64,000 nt of DNA, taken from NCBI RefSeq assembly GCF_018350175.1, contig NC_058368.1:12400001-12464000 (forward strand), read 5' to 3'. The position numbers and the translations under genes are program-made. Every line of letters begins with the position of its first letter. Position 1 is the first letter of the stretch. Shown piece by piece: positions 63,032 through 64,000 of this stretch. The notes below the pieces were generated by a model. It was not told the origin of the DNA. It saw nothing but the letters and a program-made list of their open reading frames with translations, and ran no database searches. The DNA comes from Felis catus (taxonomy: Eukaryota).

Positions 63032-64000
63032 GCAGTACCTTTCCTGAAGCCTGGGCATCAAATGAGAAAATGTGTGAAGTCTTTAGCATAATGCCTGGCA
63101 CACAATGGGGTCCAAGCAGGTTTGCTGTTAATATTATAATGACCACTGGTTCATTCACTCAACAGACACTCATTGTGCACATTCTGTATCCCAGCTACTG
63201 TGCTAGGGCAACTGGGCTATCGACAATGAACGAGGCACCGTCTTTTTCCCGGGAGGAGGTTGGGGCTAAGGTGCAAACAGACACTTGAGTAAATCATTAT
63301 TTGAGTACTCAAATCAGTATTTGAGTACTGATGTCGGGGACCTTGTCCAGAGTGAGAGTTATAGTTTCACTTTCCAAATTCTGGCAACTGTGCTATTAAG
63401 GTTTAATTTACTCCTATAGATTTTTTTTTTTTTTTTAACCTGGCAAGTCGAACTTGTTCAGGCTCTTGGATAGAGCTGTTTACACCTCTCGCTCTTCTCA
63501 TATGTATAGATCTGAACATACAGAAGGAGCTTACCAAGCCACTGTCACTTGATTCTCCTTGTGGAATAGCACCTGGGCCCACCTTCGTGCCATGGCCCTG
63601 CTGTCAGCCAGGTTCACTTCTAACACGGCCTTGAATCCACTGACGAGGGACCTACTTATTTACTACTTAGAACTATGCAAGCACATTCTTGTTTGAAGTA
63701 GCTTAAGAGCAAATGAAAATGCACTCTTTTTTTTTTAGTCAATTGCCCAGAAATACTTAGCATTAAATAATAAACTTAATTTCCAACAAAAGAAAGTGTC
63801 CTTTTTAAAAAACATTATTAAATGGTGAGTTCTATGTATAGCTTCCGTTAGCAAAGAGGGACTTTAAACTGTGCACCACTAAGAGACTAGACTCTAGTCA
63901 GCTTTAGTGTTCTTCATGGAGACAGGTGGACATAATGACAAAACAAAATGCTGGCAGATATGGGATGAAAATCCCTGGTGATAAATGATAGGCTTTATTA

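Overview
This is mammalian genomic DNA from a felid (cat-family), judged from about 29 carnivore tRNA-derived SINEC elements, including near-consensus SINEC_Fc-type copies and a young L1 3' fragment. The only supportable protein-coding sequence is the first coding exon of STARD13 (DLC2, a RhoGAP-START protein) on the minus strand at 19749-19581 (169 nt, phase-1 GTGAGT donor), with an E-box/CCAAT promoter just upstream. Bases 1-19580 are intron 1. Bases above ~20000 are upstream flank, possibly an intron of longer upstream isoforms. The rest is a mosaic of SINEC, L1, L2, L3/CR1, MIR, MLT1 and DNA-transposon relics plus microsatellites, and nearly all ORF-track entries are spurious. Repeat family names were assigned by eye from remembered consensus sequences, and boundaries of old repeats are approximate. 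The best leads are all unverified motif-level inferences: a 43-nt minus-strand exon in the same phase as STARD13 exon 1 (40852-40810), a TATA/CCAAT/GC antisense first-exon candidate in intron 1 (8671-8837), a possible recursive splice site (34461/34462), a triple CCAAT repeat beside a Tigger element, a 25-bp-stem hairpin, and several nested or dimeric SINE insertions. I see no evidence of a prokaryote-style system.
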